A DNA stretch of 64,000 bases, from IMG/VR virus record IMGVR_UViG_3300013004_000034; one strand, written 5' to 3'. Under the pieces are notes generated by a model. The model saw only the letters and a program-made list of their open reading frames with translations, was not told the origin of the DNA and ran no database searches. A program made the position numbers and the translations under genes. Numbering within the stretch: the stretch's first letter is position 1; each line of letters starts with the position of its first letter. This DNA comes from a virus (lineage: Duplodnaviria > Heunggongvirae > Uroviricota > Caudoviricetes). Below are positions 33,886 through 43,477 of this stretch, piece after piece.

Positions 33886-35634
33886 CTAAATGCTCAAATT
33901 ATCTGTAATCTGTTTATTTTTTGAAAGCAACATTATTGCCGATCTATATTTAGACTCATCTTGAATAGATCGGTTTTCTGAGCCCTTCTCTTCCATTTGC
34001 TTCTTCACTAGCATGGCTTGCTTAAGTGCTTTAATCTTATCGTTGTCATTGTCATCAGGGGTTATTTGATCGGTGGTTTGATCGTCTTGAACCGGTTGAT
34101 CACCATCACTCATACCACCAGCCCCTGGCAATTCCGGAGGTGCCCATTTAGGATCATTCTGTTCTTCTTCGATTGCTTTATCTTGTTCTTCAATGTCCTC
34201 ATCGGACTGCCTCAAGATCTGCCTTCTAGCCCACTGATGTGAATAATACTTTCCTATTAGGCCACCTTGCTCAATAGTCATCATCAACTGTGCTCTATTC
34301 TGCATGATTTCTGCATCCTTGAGCTCGGTAAAGTAGTTATCACGAGCAAAATCATACTTGACTTCATTAACTATCTGCTGCCATTCCTCAATAGACATGA
34401 TGCCCTTGAGGACCAACTGCTTCTCGAGAACTTGATTGAATAGAGCTGAAAACCTACCACGTATTCTAGTGATAAACTTGTAGAACTTTAGTTCATCTCT
34501 AGTGACTTCGGTAGCTCTACCGATTGAGAATAGCGCATCGGAATTCAATCTATTTACAGGAACATTCAACGTCTGATAAAGCTTTTTCTGAAAGTATAAG
34601 ACATCGTCCATTTCACCAAGAGTCTGACCACCCGGGAGAGTAGTTACTTCAGTTCCACGGCCGCCTTCTCTCCTTGGGAGCCAGTAATCTTCAAGCATGG
34701 TCATAAACTTTCTATCGTCTCTGACCTCACCGGTAGAGGCATCATAGATCAATCTATTCTTATGCTTGACCATAATGTCACGTACGTATTGCTCTGCCTT
34801 CATCTTAGGTAGATTACCAACATCGATATACCAGATGCGCCTTTCTGGTGCTCTAGCTAGTCGATAGATGATAAGTGAATCTTCAAGAGTTCTGAGCTGA
34901 TTAAGAGGCTTAATAGCCTTATGAAGATATGAAAGTACCATTGTGCCTTGTGTATCTGTTAGTCCAGATGTTACATGCACAATAGAATCTTTAGCAATCT
35001 TCATACCTGCAGTGGATGGACCAACTACTTTATTGCCGTAATTAAAACCCTTATCATTGTATACATAGTATTCATTTTGAGTCTTAGGAATTACTGCTTC
35101 GCTGCCATCGGCACCACCTGGGGCTCTTTTCTTGCCAATTTCACGGACCTTTCTGATCTTACGTGGATCAACATATCGTAGCTCTAATAGACCGTCTTGC
35201 GGTGAATCTTTGCTTATAATAGCATGATAGTAAAGTCTACCGTCAATGTACCAGCGTCTATAAATTTCGTACCCACGCATGTTGAAGTCAAGAAGTTTTA
35301 ATACAATATTAAATTCTTCTTGAATGGCTTTCTTTACTCTATTGGGAATATTTACATTATCAAGGTTAATATTTACTATATCTTCCTCGTCAATAGAGAT
35401 TGATTCATTAATAATCTCGTCTACAGCCATATCTATTTCAGGCTGTAGTGACATCTCTCTATACTTAGTCACCAGTTCGGCTTCGGTCCTTACGGTACCG
35501 TCCAAGTCGATGTAAGTGCCGTATGCGCCGCCGGCCGCGACGACTAAGGCTCCGTCATCGGCCTCTTTCGGGGCAAATGACGGAGCCGGATCAAGTTGAT
35601 CTTGTCTTTTAAACTCAAAACCAAACAATTTCAT
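33886..35634 (-). CDS. 20: portal protein (gp20-like)
   Basis: 582 aa, positioned between tail tube and prohead core genes. Confidence 0.75.
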   Translation of the reverse strand: MKLFGFEFKRQDQLDPAPSFAPKEADDGALVVAAGGAYGTYIDLDGTVRTEAELVTKYREMSLQPEIDMAVDEIINESISIDEEDIVNINLDNVNIPNRVKKAIQEEFNIVLKLLDFNMRGYEIYRRWYIDGRLYYHAIISKDSPQDGLLELRYVDPRKIRKVREIGKKRAPGGADGSEAVIPKTQNEYYVYNDKGFNYGNKVVGPSTAGMKIAKDSIVHVTSGLTDTQGTMVLSYLHKAIKPLNQLRTLEDSLIIYRLARAPERRIWYIDVGNLPKMKAEQYVRDIMVKHKNRLIYDASTGEVRDDRKFMTMLEDYWLPRREGGRGTEVTTLPGGQTLGEMDDVLYFQKKLYQTLNVPVNRLNSDALFSIGRATEVTRDELKFYKFITRIRGRFSALFNQVLEKQLVLKGIMSIEEWQQIVNEVKYDFARDNYFTELKDAEIMQNRAQLMMTIEQGGLIGKYYSHQWARRQILRQSDEDIEEQDKAIEEEQNDPKWAPPELPGAGGMSDGDQPVQDDQTTDQITPDDNDNDKIKALKQAMLVKKQMEEKGSENRSIQDESKYRSAIMLLSKNKQITDNLSI

Positions 35635-35662
35635 AATATTTACAGTCTATAATTCAATTGGA

Positions 35663-36262
35663 TTAAAGTTCTACTGGGATCTGTGGATTATTTACTAGCG
35701 AATTAGCCTCAGCAATAGGTTCCCACCAATCGTAAGCAAATGTTACACCAAACGTCTGGATAGTATTAGTAGCTTCCCAATCAAGACCCATTTCATCCAC
35801 ATTTACTGGAAAGATGTTAACAAATCTATACGCCTTAATTACAACACCATTCTTTCCAAATTGCTGGACAACTGCTTCACCTTTATAACCTCCAGCAGCA
35901 GCGCTTTCATCTTTAACATTATCTGCTCTTCTATTTGAGACAATGGAATTAATTCCATTGTGCCAAGCTTCAAAAGCATTTCGTACTGTATAATCTTCAT
36001 CATTCATAACGGTTACAGACCAATCTGAAAAAGTACGATCGCCTGCAACCTTTACTGTTCTACCAAAGTAAGGAACTGGTATTGAAGCTATGGATGATGC
36101 AGGAATTGAAGAAGCTCTGCAAACAAATCGGAATCGTCCAATTGCTTCGTCGGTCAGACCTGAAACATCAGGGAATGTCATACTAACATCAAAGAGGGTG
36201 GGGCGAGCCCCACCAAACTTTAAACCACTGGTTACAAAATCATTGATATTAAAAGCCATCAA
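35663..36262 (-). CDS. 19: tail tube protein (gp19)
   Basis: KVAGDRTFSDWSVTVMNDE matches T4 gp19 INVAGDRTFDDWTVTVMNDE. Confidence 0.8.
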   Translation of the reverse strand: MMAFNINDFVTSGLKFGGARPTLFDVSMTFPDVSGLTDEAIGRFRFVCRASSIPASSIASIPVPYFGRTVKVAGDRTFSDWSVTVMNDEDYTVRNAFEAWHNGINSIVSNRRADNVKDESAAAGGYKGEAVVQQFGKNGVVIKAYRFVNIFPVNVDEMGLDWEATNTIQTFGVTFAYDWWEPIAEANSLVNNPQIPVEL

Positions 36263-36293
36263 AGTGACTCCTTATTTCTCTATTTTCTATTTA

Positions 36294-38675
36294 TTAGAAT
36301 CTACCAATGACGGTAGAGAATTCCACACCTGTTCTGACAGCCACAAAGTTGAGCTGAATGAAGTTAATCGAGCGAGCCGGCTTGATATAAATATCGCCCC
36401 AGAATTCGTTACGGTCAACTCTCTCAGGTGTGTTGTTGGTCGAGTCACAAACAACCAAGAAGTCTGTAATTCCTCTTCTGCCCTTTACTTCTCTGAGGAA
36501 TGGAGTCACCAGATTCACAAACTGTGACCTTGTAAACTCGTCATTAAACTCAAAGAGTGAGAACTTAGCAGCTTGAGAGATGGACTTTTCTAGTGTGATG
36601 AAGAGTCTACGAACATTGATTCGATCAAATGCAGATGACTTCAATGTTGCTGTCTTATCCCCATAGAGAATAGTGCCCTGACCCGGAAATGAAACAACCG
36701 GGTTGATAGAATTCTTGTAGAGTAGATCTCTATCAGCCTGTGCTGGGTTAAACCTAAGCTTGATAATATTCTTGATCTGCCCGCGGTTGAAACCAGCAGG
36801 TGAGAACCATGAATCGTTTGTATTGTCAGTCCTTGCTGCAAGTCCTGCAATGTCTCCGTTCAATGGCACATAGCGGTACAAGTCATTGTACTTATCATAC
36901 ATGTACTTATAACCTGTATCAAGAACAGCATAACTAGAATCACGCACGCTAGATTTCCAAGTTACAAGAGCTGAAGCTTCATTGCCTGCATTACCCTGTA
37001 CAATACCATCATCAGGCGAGATGAAGACAACGCAGTCCTTTCTGACATCAGCAATATTGTCAATCAAGTAGTTACCGAGCTGTGTATTAGAAGTTCCACC
37101 ACGTGGCTTGCCAGCAAGTACCAATGAGATGTCAACCGCTTCTTTGGACTTAAACAAATCATAAGCGCTAGCAAGTGTTGCAACCGGTACTGCAGCTTCA
37201 CCTAGGCCGTTGTCACCACCAACCAAATCAAGTGTTAGAGGCTTGACATTTGAAGAGCTAGTAATATTAGCAGCAGTATTGGATGCTGCAGCTGCTCTAT
37301 CATTTGCCCACCAAACATACTTAGAGCCTTGATTGATTGCAGTCTTGTAATATAGTGTAGCACCTTCTGCGGTCTTGGCGTCAGTTCCTCTAGATAGACT
37401 CTGGAATATTTCCAGAGGGGAACCAGCAATGCCGCTGAACTTACCGTCTTGGTCAATAACTACAACGTGCAATGTATCTACAGCTGATGTATTGCCACCA
37501 TATGTAGCTTGCCATGCAGAAATTCCAGGGGCAGCTCCTACAACATCAGAGTATTCCCAACTTCTTGTAATATTAGCTACAGTGGTATTACCATTGGTTG
37601 TATTACTTACAATGTAGTTGCTTGAAAGCTTGTTGATATCCGTAAATACTACGTTTACAGAAGCAACAGAGTTTGCAGTAACAGCTGGTGTACCGATAGA
37701 ACTAATCTTAAGATTCTGAGTACCTATAGTCGAGTTACCAATGGTGATGATGTCACCTACTGATAGCTGAGCTACTACCGTATTTGCATACGTATTTGCC
37801 GCAGTATTACCTACCGCAGTTCCGTTATCCGAAGTAAATACAAATGATGCAGTATTGGATCCAATATTAACTGTCAAAGCGCCAATTACTGTATTTGAAT
37901 CTTGTGTACCGATGATATCAATTGTAGACTGATATGCAGTGACACTATCACAGATACTTACACGAAGTGAATTACCGATATCACCTGGGTACTTTGCAAT
38001 GTACAGAGATCCGGATGCAAATGATGCCTTTGAATCATAATCATCCCTATTCTTGACTACAAGAGTCTGTAAGTCAACTGCACTTGTATTTGCAACAGCA
38101 GAAAGAGTGCCTGTTGTAGAAACACCGGCTCTAGCAACAATGCTAGTGACAATATTATTACCCGATGAAGGAAAACCACCAGTTGAATTAGCTACAAAGA
38201 TATTATCAGTAGATACAGGCTGATTTGCCTTGAATCCAGTGCCGGCACTTGTAATGGTAAAGCTTACAAATCCACCTGAAGCATTGGTAACAAAAGATGC
38301 AGTTGCATTTGTTCCACCTGCAGGTGGAACAAATAAGAGGATATCGGTGTTATTATAACCAGTTGAAGTTGTACCTGTAACTGTTACGGAAGTTACCGTG
38401 CTCTGAGCATTTGTTGTATTAGCAGCTCTTGCTACCATCAGCGCATTACCATAACCAAAGAAATTAGCAGCGGTGAGGAAAGTCTCTGCATTGTAGTTTG
38501 TAGGGGTGCCGAATGTCTCTACCAACTTTGTTTCGGAGTCAACAAGAACTCTTTCACCTACAGGACCCCAACCGAACAAACCAGCAAAAGCACCAACAGA
38601 AGTTGATACCGCTGGAACCGTGGTTGTTAGATCTACCTCGGTAACATTTACACCTGGGCTTAATTGAAATGCCAT
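36294..38675 (-). CDS. 18: tail sheath protein (gp18)
   Basis: The N-terminus and the C-terminus FDRINVRRLF...ARSINFIQLNFVA match T4 gp18. Confidence 0.85.
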   Translation of the reverse strand: MAFQLSPGVNVTEVDLTTTVPAVSTSVGAFAGLFGWGPVGERVLVDSETKLVETFGTPTNYNAETFLTAANFFGYGNALMVARAANTTNAQSTVTSVTVTGTTSTGYNNTDILLFVPPAGGTNATASFVTNASGGFVSFTITSAGTGFKANQPVSTDNIFVANSTGGFPSSGNNIVTSIVARAGVSTTGTLSAVANTSAVDLQTLVVKNRDDYDSKASFASGSLYIAKYPGDIGNSLRVSICDSVTAYQSTIDIIGTQDSNTVIGALTVNIGSNTASFVFTSDNGTAVGNTAANTYANTVVAQLSVGDIITIGNSTIGTQNLKISSIGTPAVTANSVASVNVVFTDINKLSSNYIVSNTTNGNTTVANITRSWEYSDVVGAAPGISAWQATYGGNTSAVDTLHVVVIDQDGKFSGIAGSPLEIFQSLSRGTDAKTAEGATLYYKTAINQGSKYVWWANDRAAAASNTAANITSSSNVKPLTLDLVGGDNGLGEAAVPVATLASAYDLFKSKEAVDISLVLAGKPRGGTSNTQLGNYLIDNIADVRKDCVVFISPDDGIVQGNAGNEASALVTWKSSVRDSSYAVLDTGYKYMYDKYNDLYRYVPLNGDIAGLAARTDNTNDSWFSPAGFNRGQIKNIIKLRFNPAQADRDLLYKNSINPVVSFPGQGTILYGDKTATLKSSAFDRINVRRLFITLEKSISQAAKFSLFEFNDEFTRSQFVNLVTPFLREVKGRRGITDFLVVCDSTNNTPERVDRNEFWGDIYIKPARSINFIQLNFVAVRTGVEFSTVIGRF

Positions 38676-38720
38676 TTTTATCTCCTTTCAAAGAGGACTA
38701 TGTAAGTTCTCTTTATTTAT

Positions 38721-39848
38721 TTAGAAAGAGTCCTCAGCGCTCGCCATCCAATTGCTCCCTCTAGGAAGCTCAAGTACTTCATCTACAGGCATGCCATCGT
38801 CCATAAATCCAAACGGCAACATGTCTTGCGCGATCTCTTCATCAGTCTTTTCTCGTAGTTTTGCTAGAGTATTTATAGAAGTTAATTCTTTGAAGTACAT
38901 CTGATCTGAGAGCCATGCAAAGAGAACCAGACCCATGACTAAATCATCATGCTTCCCTGATTCTGCCTCGTACGATATACCTTTCCGCGAGAATGTAGAG
39001 AGTTCACTTATTGTTTCAAAGTCATAAAGAATCAGCTGATTCTGCTCTATCAATAGCTTTAGGATTGAACAACCAACTGACTTGACTGATTTGGTTGTTC
39101 TGATACCTTTATCAATATTTGTTCCAAAGCCAGATGTGATTCTCTTACCTGCTCTGCCGGCAGATTCAGTTGATAGAATGTTTTCATACTCAAAATCATA
39201 ATGCAGAGACGATGAAACTTGTTCACCTATGTCATTAATTTCTACAAGAACGGATGCATTATTATAGGACTTGCACACTCTATGCAGAATATCAGCATAG
39301 TCAACCGGTGTCACTAAGTTGTTTCGAAATGTGCATACTTGACGATAAGGCATTTCTGTAACATCTATTACACTGAATGCTGAATAGTCAAGCCCTTTAC
39401 CTCTTGATACGTCAGCTATACATGCATATGCTCGATCTCTTCTAGGCTCTTCATACTTTGACAAGCCTTCCTTGGAATAAAGCGGGACTTTATGAACCAG
39501 CTCTTTAAGCTTCCAACCGGAAATGAGTGTACCGGATGAACCTTGGAATTCTACACAATTATGATTTACTATTGATCCAGTTAGATACTCATGCTTTTCT
39601 CCAACATTAATAGGATCATATACATATACTTCTTCGTCAATTACTCTTTCAATAAATTTAGTTTGGTTGGCTTGAATAAAGGACCCCAAAATTTTTATTT
39701 TGTGATCTTCCGTGCATCTGATTATTTGGCCGTCTATGTTAAGAAGAACGGTTTTTGTTACCTTTTTTCTAGAGATGCCAGTAAATTGTTTAAATCCATC
39801 AGGTGTTAAAATTTTTATACCGGTGCGGTTTCGAGCAATTTCGACCAT
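38721..39848 (-). CDS. 17: large terminase C-terminal part: split-intein C fragment (aa 1-97) fused to the nuclease domain
   Basis: Block B TEDH, and the terminal ...GSIVNHN|CVEF (HN then Cys+1). The nuclease-domain similarity begins after the junction. Confidence 0.7.
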   Translation of the reverse strand: MVEIARNRTGIKILTPDGFKQFTGISRKKVTKTVLLNIDGQIIRCTEDHKIKILGSFIQANQTKFIERVIDEEVYVYDPINVGEKHEYLTGSIVNHNCVEFQGSSGTLISGWKLKELVHKVPLYSKEGLSKYEEPRRDRAYACIADVSRGKGLDYSAFSVIDVTEMPYRQVCTFRNNLVTPVDYADILHRVCKSYNNASVLVEINDIGEQVSSSLHYDFEYENILSTESAGRAGKRITSGFGTNIDKGIRTTKSVKSVGCSILKLLIEQNQLILYDFETISELSTFSRKGISYEAESGKHDDLVMGLVLFAWLSDQMYFKELTSINTLAKLREKTDEEIAQDMLPFGFMDDGMPVDEVLELPRGSNWMASAEDSF

Positions 39849-39879
39849 AACTTACTTTTTCCTGTAATAATATTTCGGA

Positions 39880-40785
39880 TCATTGTTGCATGAAAAAGAA
39901 AAGATCTTCAATTGCTATTTCTGAAATGGTACCGTCGTTGGTCTGAATAGTTACTTTTGTATCACCTGTAATACAAAACTCCTGGGCAAACTTTTCCAAG
40001 TCAAAGTTCAAACCAGATAGAGTATTTTGTCTCCACTGTTCATCTCTGCCCGGGACTCTATCCCACTTAACCATGATGTTCTTGTAGCTGTTACGTTTCT
40101 CTACGGCATTTTGCCATATGGCATAAAAGTGATTCAATCCATTTGGTGTAGATACCAAGACCACTTTGGTGCTCTTACCGGAAGAAACTGTAGGATAAAC
40201 TGATGTGAAGAATTCATCCCAGTTGTCAATGAAGGCAGCCTCGTCGATGAACAACAAGTTAATAGAGAAGCCTCGAATGTTGTCGGATGAAGTAGCGGTT
40301 GCCAGGACTCGGCTATTATTTTCTAGAACAAATGATCCCTTGTTCCACTCGTTGACACCGTGCTGCAACCACTTTGGCAAGTGCTGATATGCTAGCTGGA
40401 CCTTACCAAGAATTTCACGGGCAGTCTCAGCTTTATTTGCAAGAAGAGCAACGTTCTTGTCGCTATTAAAGAGGATATACCAAAGGATGAAAGCACAAGT
40501 AACGGTTGACTTTCCGGCCTGACGGCTTGTAGCAAAGATGCAGTATCGTTCCTCCTGCATCGAGTGAAGCATTTCAATCTGGTAGTCGTATGGTTCAAAC
40601 GCAATCAATCCGCGGTCTACGTTCACAATTTTCATGTAGCGCTTTACAAAGTAAACTACATCCTCCGAACACTTCACCCATTCTTGAACCATCTCTGGGG
40701 TCCAATTGACTTGTACTCCGGATCGCTTGAGGTTAGGATTGCCGTTGTAGAACTTTAAATTGTTGATGGGAGATTGTTCTGTCAT
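39880..40785 (-). CDS. 17: large terminase N-terminal part: ATPase domain plus a 31-aa split-intein N fragment
   Basis: Walker A ATSRQAGKST and Walker B LLFIDEAAF as in T4 gp17. It ends EF|CITGDTKVTIQTNDGTISEIAIEDLFFFMQQ*, which is intein block A. Confidence 0.75.
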   Translation of the reverse strand: MTEQSPINNLKFYNGNPNLKRSGVQVNWTPEMVQEWVKCSEDVVYFVKRYMKIVNVDRGLIAFEPYDYQIEMLHSMQEERYCIFATSRQAGKSTVTCAFILWYILFNSDKNVALLANKAETAREILGKVQLAYQHLPKWLQHGVNEWNKGSFVLENNSRVLATATSSDNIRGFSINLLFIDEAAFIDNWDEFFTSVYPTVSSGKSTKVVLVSTPNGLNHFYAIWQNAVEKRNSYKNIMVKWDRVPGRDEQWRQNTLSGLNFDLEKFAQEFCITGDTKVTIQTNDGTISEIAIEDLFFFMQQ

Positions 40786-40795
40786 GATATACCTA

Positions 40796-40824
40796 TTGAC
40801 TTTGTGGTTGAGTGGTGGTATAAT
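40796..40824 (+). promoter_or_regulatory. perfect sigma70 consensus promoter antisense to the terS/terL junction
   Basis: Plus strand reads TTGACT-17-TATAAT, followed by the hairpin ATGAGTCA..TGACTCAT. No plus-strand ORF follows. Confidence 0.45.
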
Positions 40825-40851
40825 GCTCTATGAGTCAATAAAGATGATACC

Positions 40852-41274
40852 TTATGACTCATTTCTAAGTTGAGCAATTACCTTAGCCAACTCTGTGGTA
40901 CTACCCACATAGAGGTTGTTTGTCACTTGTGACTTGCCTTCATCACTAGTTGGTGTGTTAGGCTTGTCTATTTGACGGATATCCTTCTGTATTTCCATCA
41001 GATGTTTACTTGCGCTTACAGCCGAATCCATCAACTTGGCAAGTACTTCAAATGCCCTAGGATTCTGTGACTGATCGGCTATAACCGAAAGCTTTGCAAT
41101 AGCATCATTGGCATTTTCAACCACTTCACGGATATTTGCTCGAGCAAAAGTGAAGTCTTCTTTTGCAGAGTCATCATGTACTTTAGCAAGTATGGTGGCC
41201 ACCGCCGTTGATTGATGCATAGAACTAAGTCCTAATGCTCTATCAATCGGGCTATTACTGTCATCATCTATCAT
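40852..41274 (-). CDS. 16: small terminase subunit (gp16-like)
   Basis: NPRAFEVLAKLMDS and YVGSTTELAKVIAQL match T4 gp16 SPRHMEVFATLMGQ and FMGSPTELMDEIGD. Confidence 0.6.
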   Translation of the reverse strand: MIDDDSNSPIDRALGLSSMHQSTAVATILAKVHDDSAKEDFTFARANIREVVENANDAIAKLSVIADQSQNPRAFEVLAKLMDSAVSASKHLMEIQKDIRQIDKPNTPTSDEGKSQVTNNLYVGSTTELAKVIAQLRNES

Positions 41275-42140
41275 TGTTGTGGATCCTTGGGATCGTCAAT
41301 TGTCACTACAAAGCCGAAGTCGTCTGTAGCAAGAATCTCGTCGACTGGTATTGATAGGCTAGAATTTGAAGTAGGAGAGCCATTAGCGAGTAGTCCAGGC
41401 TGTATAGTAATGCTAGCAACTGGGTCTGCTGTTCGATCGATTTGATCATACAGATTTGTTATAGAGTACTTAATGATCTTTGTTGACTTGACAGGGCCAT
41501 ACATGTAGCCTTTGAGCGTGAAGTCTAGTGTCCACACCATAGTTCTTCGTTGTGTGAAGTCACCTTCATACACATCGTCAAGATCAACTCTGTCAAGTAT
41601 TACTGGGATATCGTGCTTTACATCCATCTCTGGAATGAGTAGAGCTGTAACTGTCCAGTCAGGAGTGAAGTATGGTAGAATCTGCTCGACTATCCTAGTA
41701 CCATCTTCTGCATTCTTTGTTAGGATGCTTAGCTTGAATCCTATGTTGTATGGTACTGGAACATACTGATACTTTCTTTTGTTATCGTTAGTCGTGTCAT
41801 TATAAGAAAATTTGGTGACAGATGATAACTTCCTAGATCCATCGTAGTCAAACTTAGTCATTTCGAACGTCATCATAGGCAAAGGATATGTAGCAGTAGG
41901 TCTGTCAATATCCGGATCTTGGAATACCCTAGTAAGTGCCTTATCTTTAGGTCCGTATGTAATAGGAACGCGAAGTCTCAGCACTTCATTGCCGTCTTTG
42001 TCTTGCTTAGTGATGTAGATGTTATTGAATAGTGTTCCAAATGTAATAATATACTTTCGAATCAAATCAAAATAGAACGGATTAGTATTGAACATTCTAA
42101 TAATTGTCCTCTGCAAACGGATTCTTTTCAGTAAAGTCAA
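41271..42140 (-). CDS. 15: tail completion / sheath stabilizer (gp15)
   Basis: RVPITY and IVEQILPYFTP match T4 gp15. Confidence 0.65.
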   Translation of the reverse strand: MTLLKRIRLQRTIIRMFNTNPFYFDLIRKYIITFGTLFNNIYITKQDKDGNEVLRLRVPITYGPKDKALTRVFQDPDIDRPTATYPLPMMTFEMTKFDYDGSRKLSSVTKFSYNDTTNDNKRKYQYVPVPYNIGFKLSILTKNAEDGTRIVEQILPYFTPDWTVTALLIPEMDVKHDIPVILDRVDLDDVYEGDFTQRRTMVWTLDFTLKGYMYGPVKSTKIIKYSITNLYDQIDRTADPVASITIQPGLLANGSPTSNSSLSIPVDEILATDDFGFVVTIDDPKDPQQ

Positions 42141-42741
42141 TGAAGTCGTTTGACCCTAGAGGGAAGTTTTCCGAGCCGTCTTGGATTACATCATTGTCGG
42201 CTGCTGGATTAAGTTGAGATAGATTGTAATTTTCTGCAATTATTATGTTACCGCTCTCATCTGTGATGATCTGATCTGTTTCATCTCTGAGTGCATAGTC
42301 AAGTACATTGAGTGAGAAGTTAGTTTGTAATTTATCAATCTCGCCAACACCAGTACTAAATTTCTCATTGGCATATTCAAAGAGCTCTACTGTAATTTCC
42401 CATGTTGGCAAAGTACCTAATGGATAAAAGAATTCTTGCTTCTTGATATACATGATCTTGAAGCATTTGTCATTGAGTGGGAAGTAAATCAAGTCACCTT
42501 CATTAGGTCTAGTCTGGCCAGTCAAAGCTGCAATCTCTGCAGAGAATACTCTTTGTGATATGGAGAATACAGCCTGGTCTCTAATCTGTAGTCCAAACTT
42601 TGACATGAAGTTACCATCACCAGTGAAGCCGTCCACTGACTTGATGTAAAGTTCTACTAGTATAGCTCGATTGTATTCTGAGATAGCATCCTCACCATAG
42701 ATGCTATCATATCTCTTAAGCTCCCTGGGGACATAGTACAT
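42097..42741 (-). CDS. 14: neck protein (gp14-like)
   Basis: Assigned by synteny between genes 15 and 13. Confidence 0.4.
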   Translation of the reverse strand: MYYVPRELKRYDSIYGEDAISEYNRAILVELYIKSVDGFTGDGNFMSKFGLQIRDQAVFSISQRVFSAEIAALTGQTRPNEGDLIYFPLNDKCFKIMYIKKQEFFYPLGTLPTWEITVELFEYANEKFSTGVGEIDKLQTNFSLNVLDYALRDETDQIITDESGNIIIAENYNLSQLNPAADNDVIQDGSENFPLGSNDFIDFTEKNPFAEDNY

Positions 42742-42841
42742 GTTTTCACCATATATACGGATTGACTCTATGACTAAGTCATGTAATAAATCTTGCTCAC
42801 TAGTTGCTTGATAATTATTAAAATAGAAATTTGTAGTAATG

Positions 42842-43477
42842 TTAGCCTCCCGTCTTTTCTCTACGAGAAGCCCACCAGAGCTTCATTCTTTCTGAATGTA
42901 ATTCACTATAATTATCAGGTCTTTTAGCTAAACTTATCTTGCCTGCTATACTTGCATTTTCTTTACTCTTAGGATTTAGTAATTTTGCATTTGACATCTT
43001 TTGTCTAGTAATTTCTGTATGCTTAGTATTTTTTCTGACAGCAACTATTGCTGCAGTATGCTCTGGTGAGTTCCTTGATCTTCTTCTGCCTTCATGAAGT
43101 TTGTGAGCATGTTCAGGCGATATCTTTCTACCTTTACCTGCTTTTCCTATATTTTTCTTGTGCTCTTCCGTCATGGTATCACTAGACCATCCATCAAAGT
43201 AAAGACCGTCATTATTATGCTTATTATAGAACTGCTCATCATTTTTAGCGTTGACTGACTTGAGAATAGCACCTTCAAACTTTCTCATATCAGAGTGCAG
43301 ACCTTCAGCCACTATCTGTCTAGAAAAATCTGTAGGTCTTTCCTTGTATTCTTTTAACATATGCTTGCTGGAACAAATATAACCGTCATCCGTAGATCCC
43401 TTATGTGATCCTACGTATAGCTTGTTTGTTGCTCTATCCACCCAGCAGTAGACAAATGCTTCTGATATTGTTGCCAT
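42842..43477 (-). CDS. putative GIY-YIG-like homing endonuclease with NUMOD-like repeats
   Basis: N-terminal FVYCWVDRATNKLYVGSH, plus C-terminal repeats KISPEHAHKL and NSPEHTAAIVAVRKNTKHTEITRQKMS. It is inserted between neck genes 14 and 13. Confidence 0.4.
   Translation of the reverse strand: MATISEAFVYCWVDRATNKLYVGSHKGSTDDGYICSSKHMLKEYKERPTDFSRQIVAEGLHSDMRKFEGAILKSVNAKNDEQFYNKHNNDGLYFDGWSSDTMTEEHKKNIGKAGKGRKISPEHAHKLHEGRRRSRNSPEHTAAIVAVRKNTKHTEITRQKMSNAKLLNPKSKENASIAGKISLAKRPDNYSELHSERMKLWWASRREKTGG

Noticed and set aside
39848-39880. Interpreting the two-ORF terminase as a sequencing frameshift or pseudogene
   Set aside because: The break is flanked exactly by intein block A (CITGDTKV) on one side and block B (TEDH) and the terminal HN|C on the other. 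There are stops in all three frames and a fresh ATG. That is the signature of a split intein, not a 1-nt indel. Re-sequencing is still advised.
39848-39975. Group I/II intron splitting the terminase gene
   Set aside because: The intervening region is only about 34 nt between ORFs, with no structured RNA. The extra sequence is protein-coding with intein motifs.
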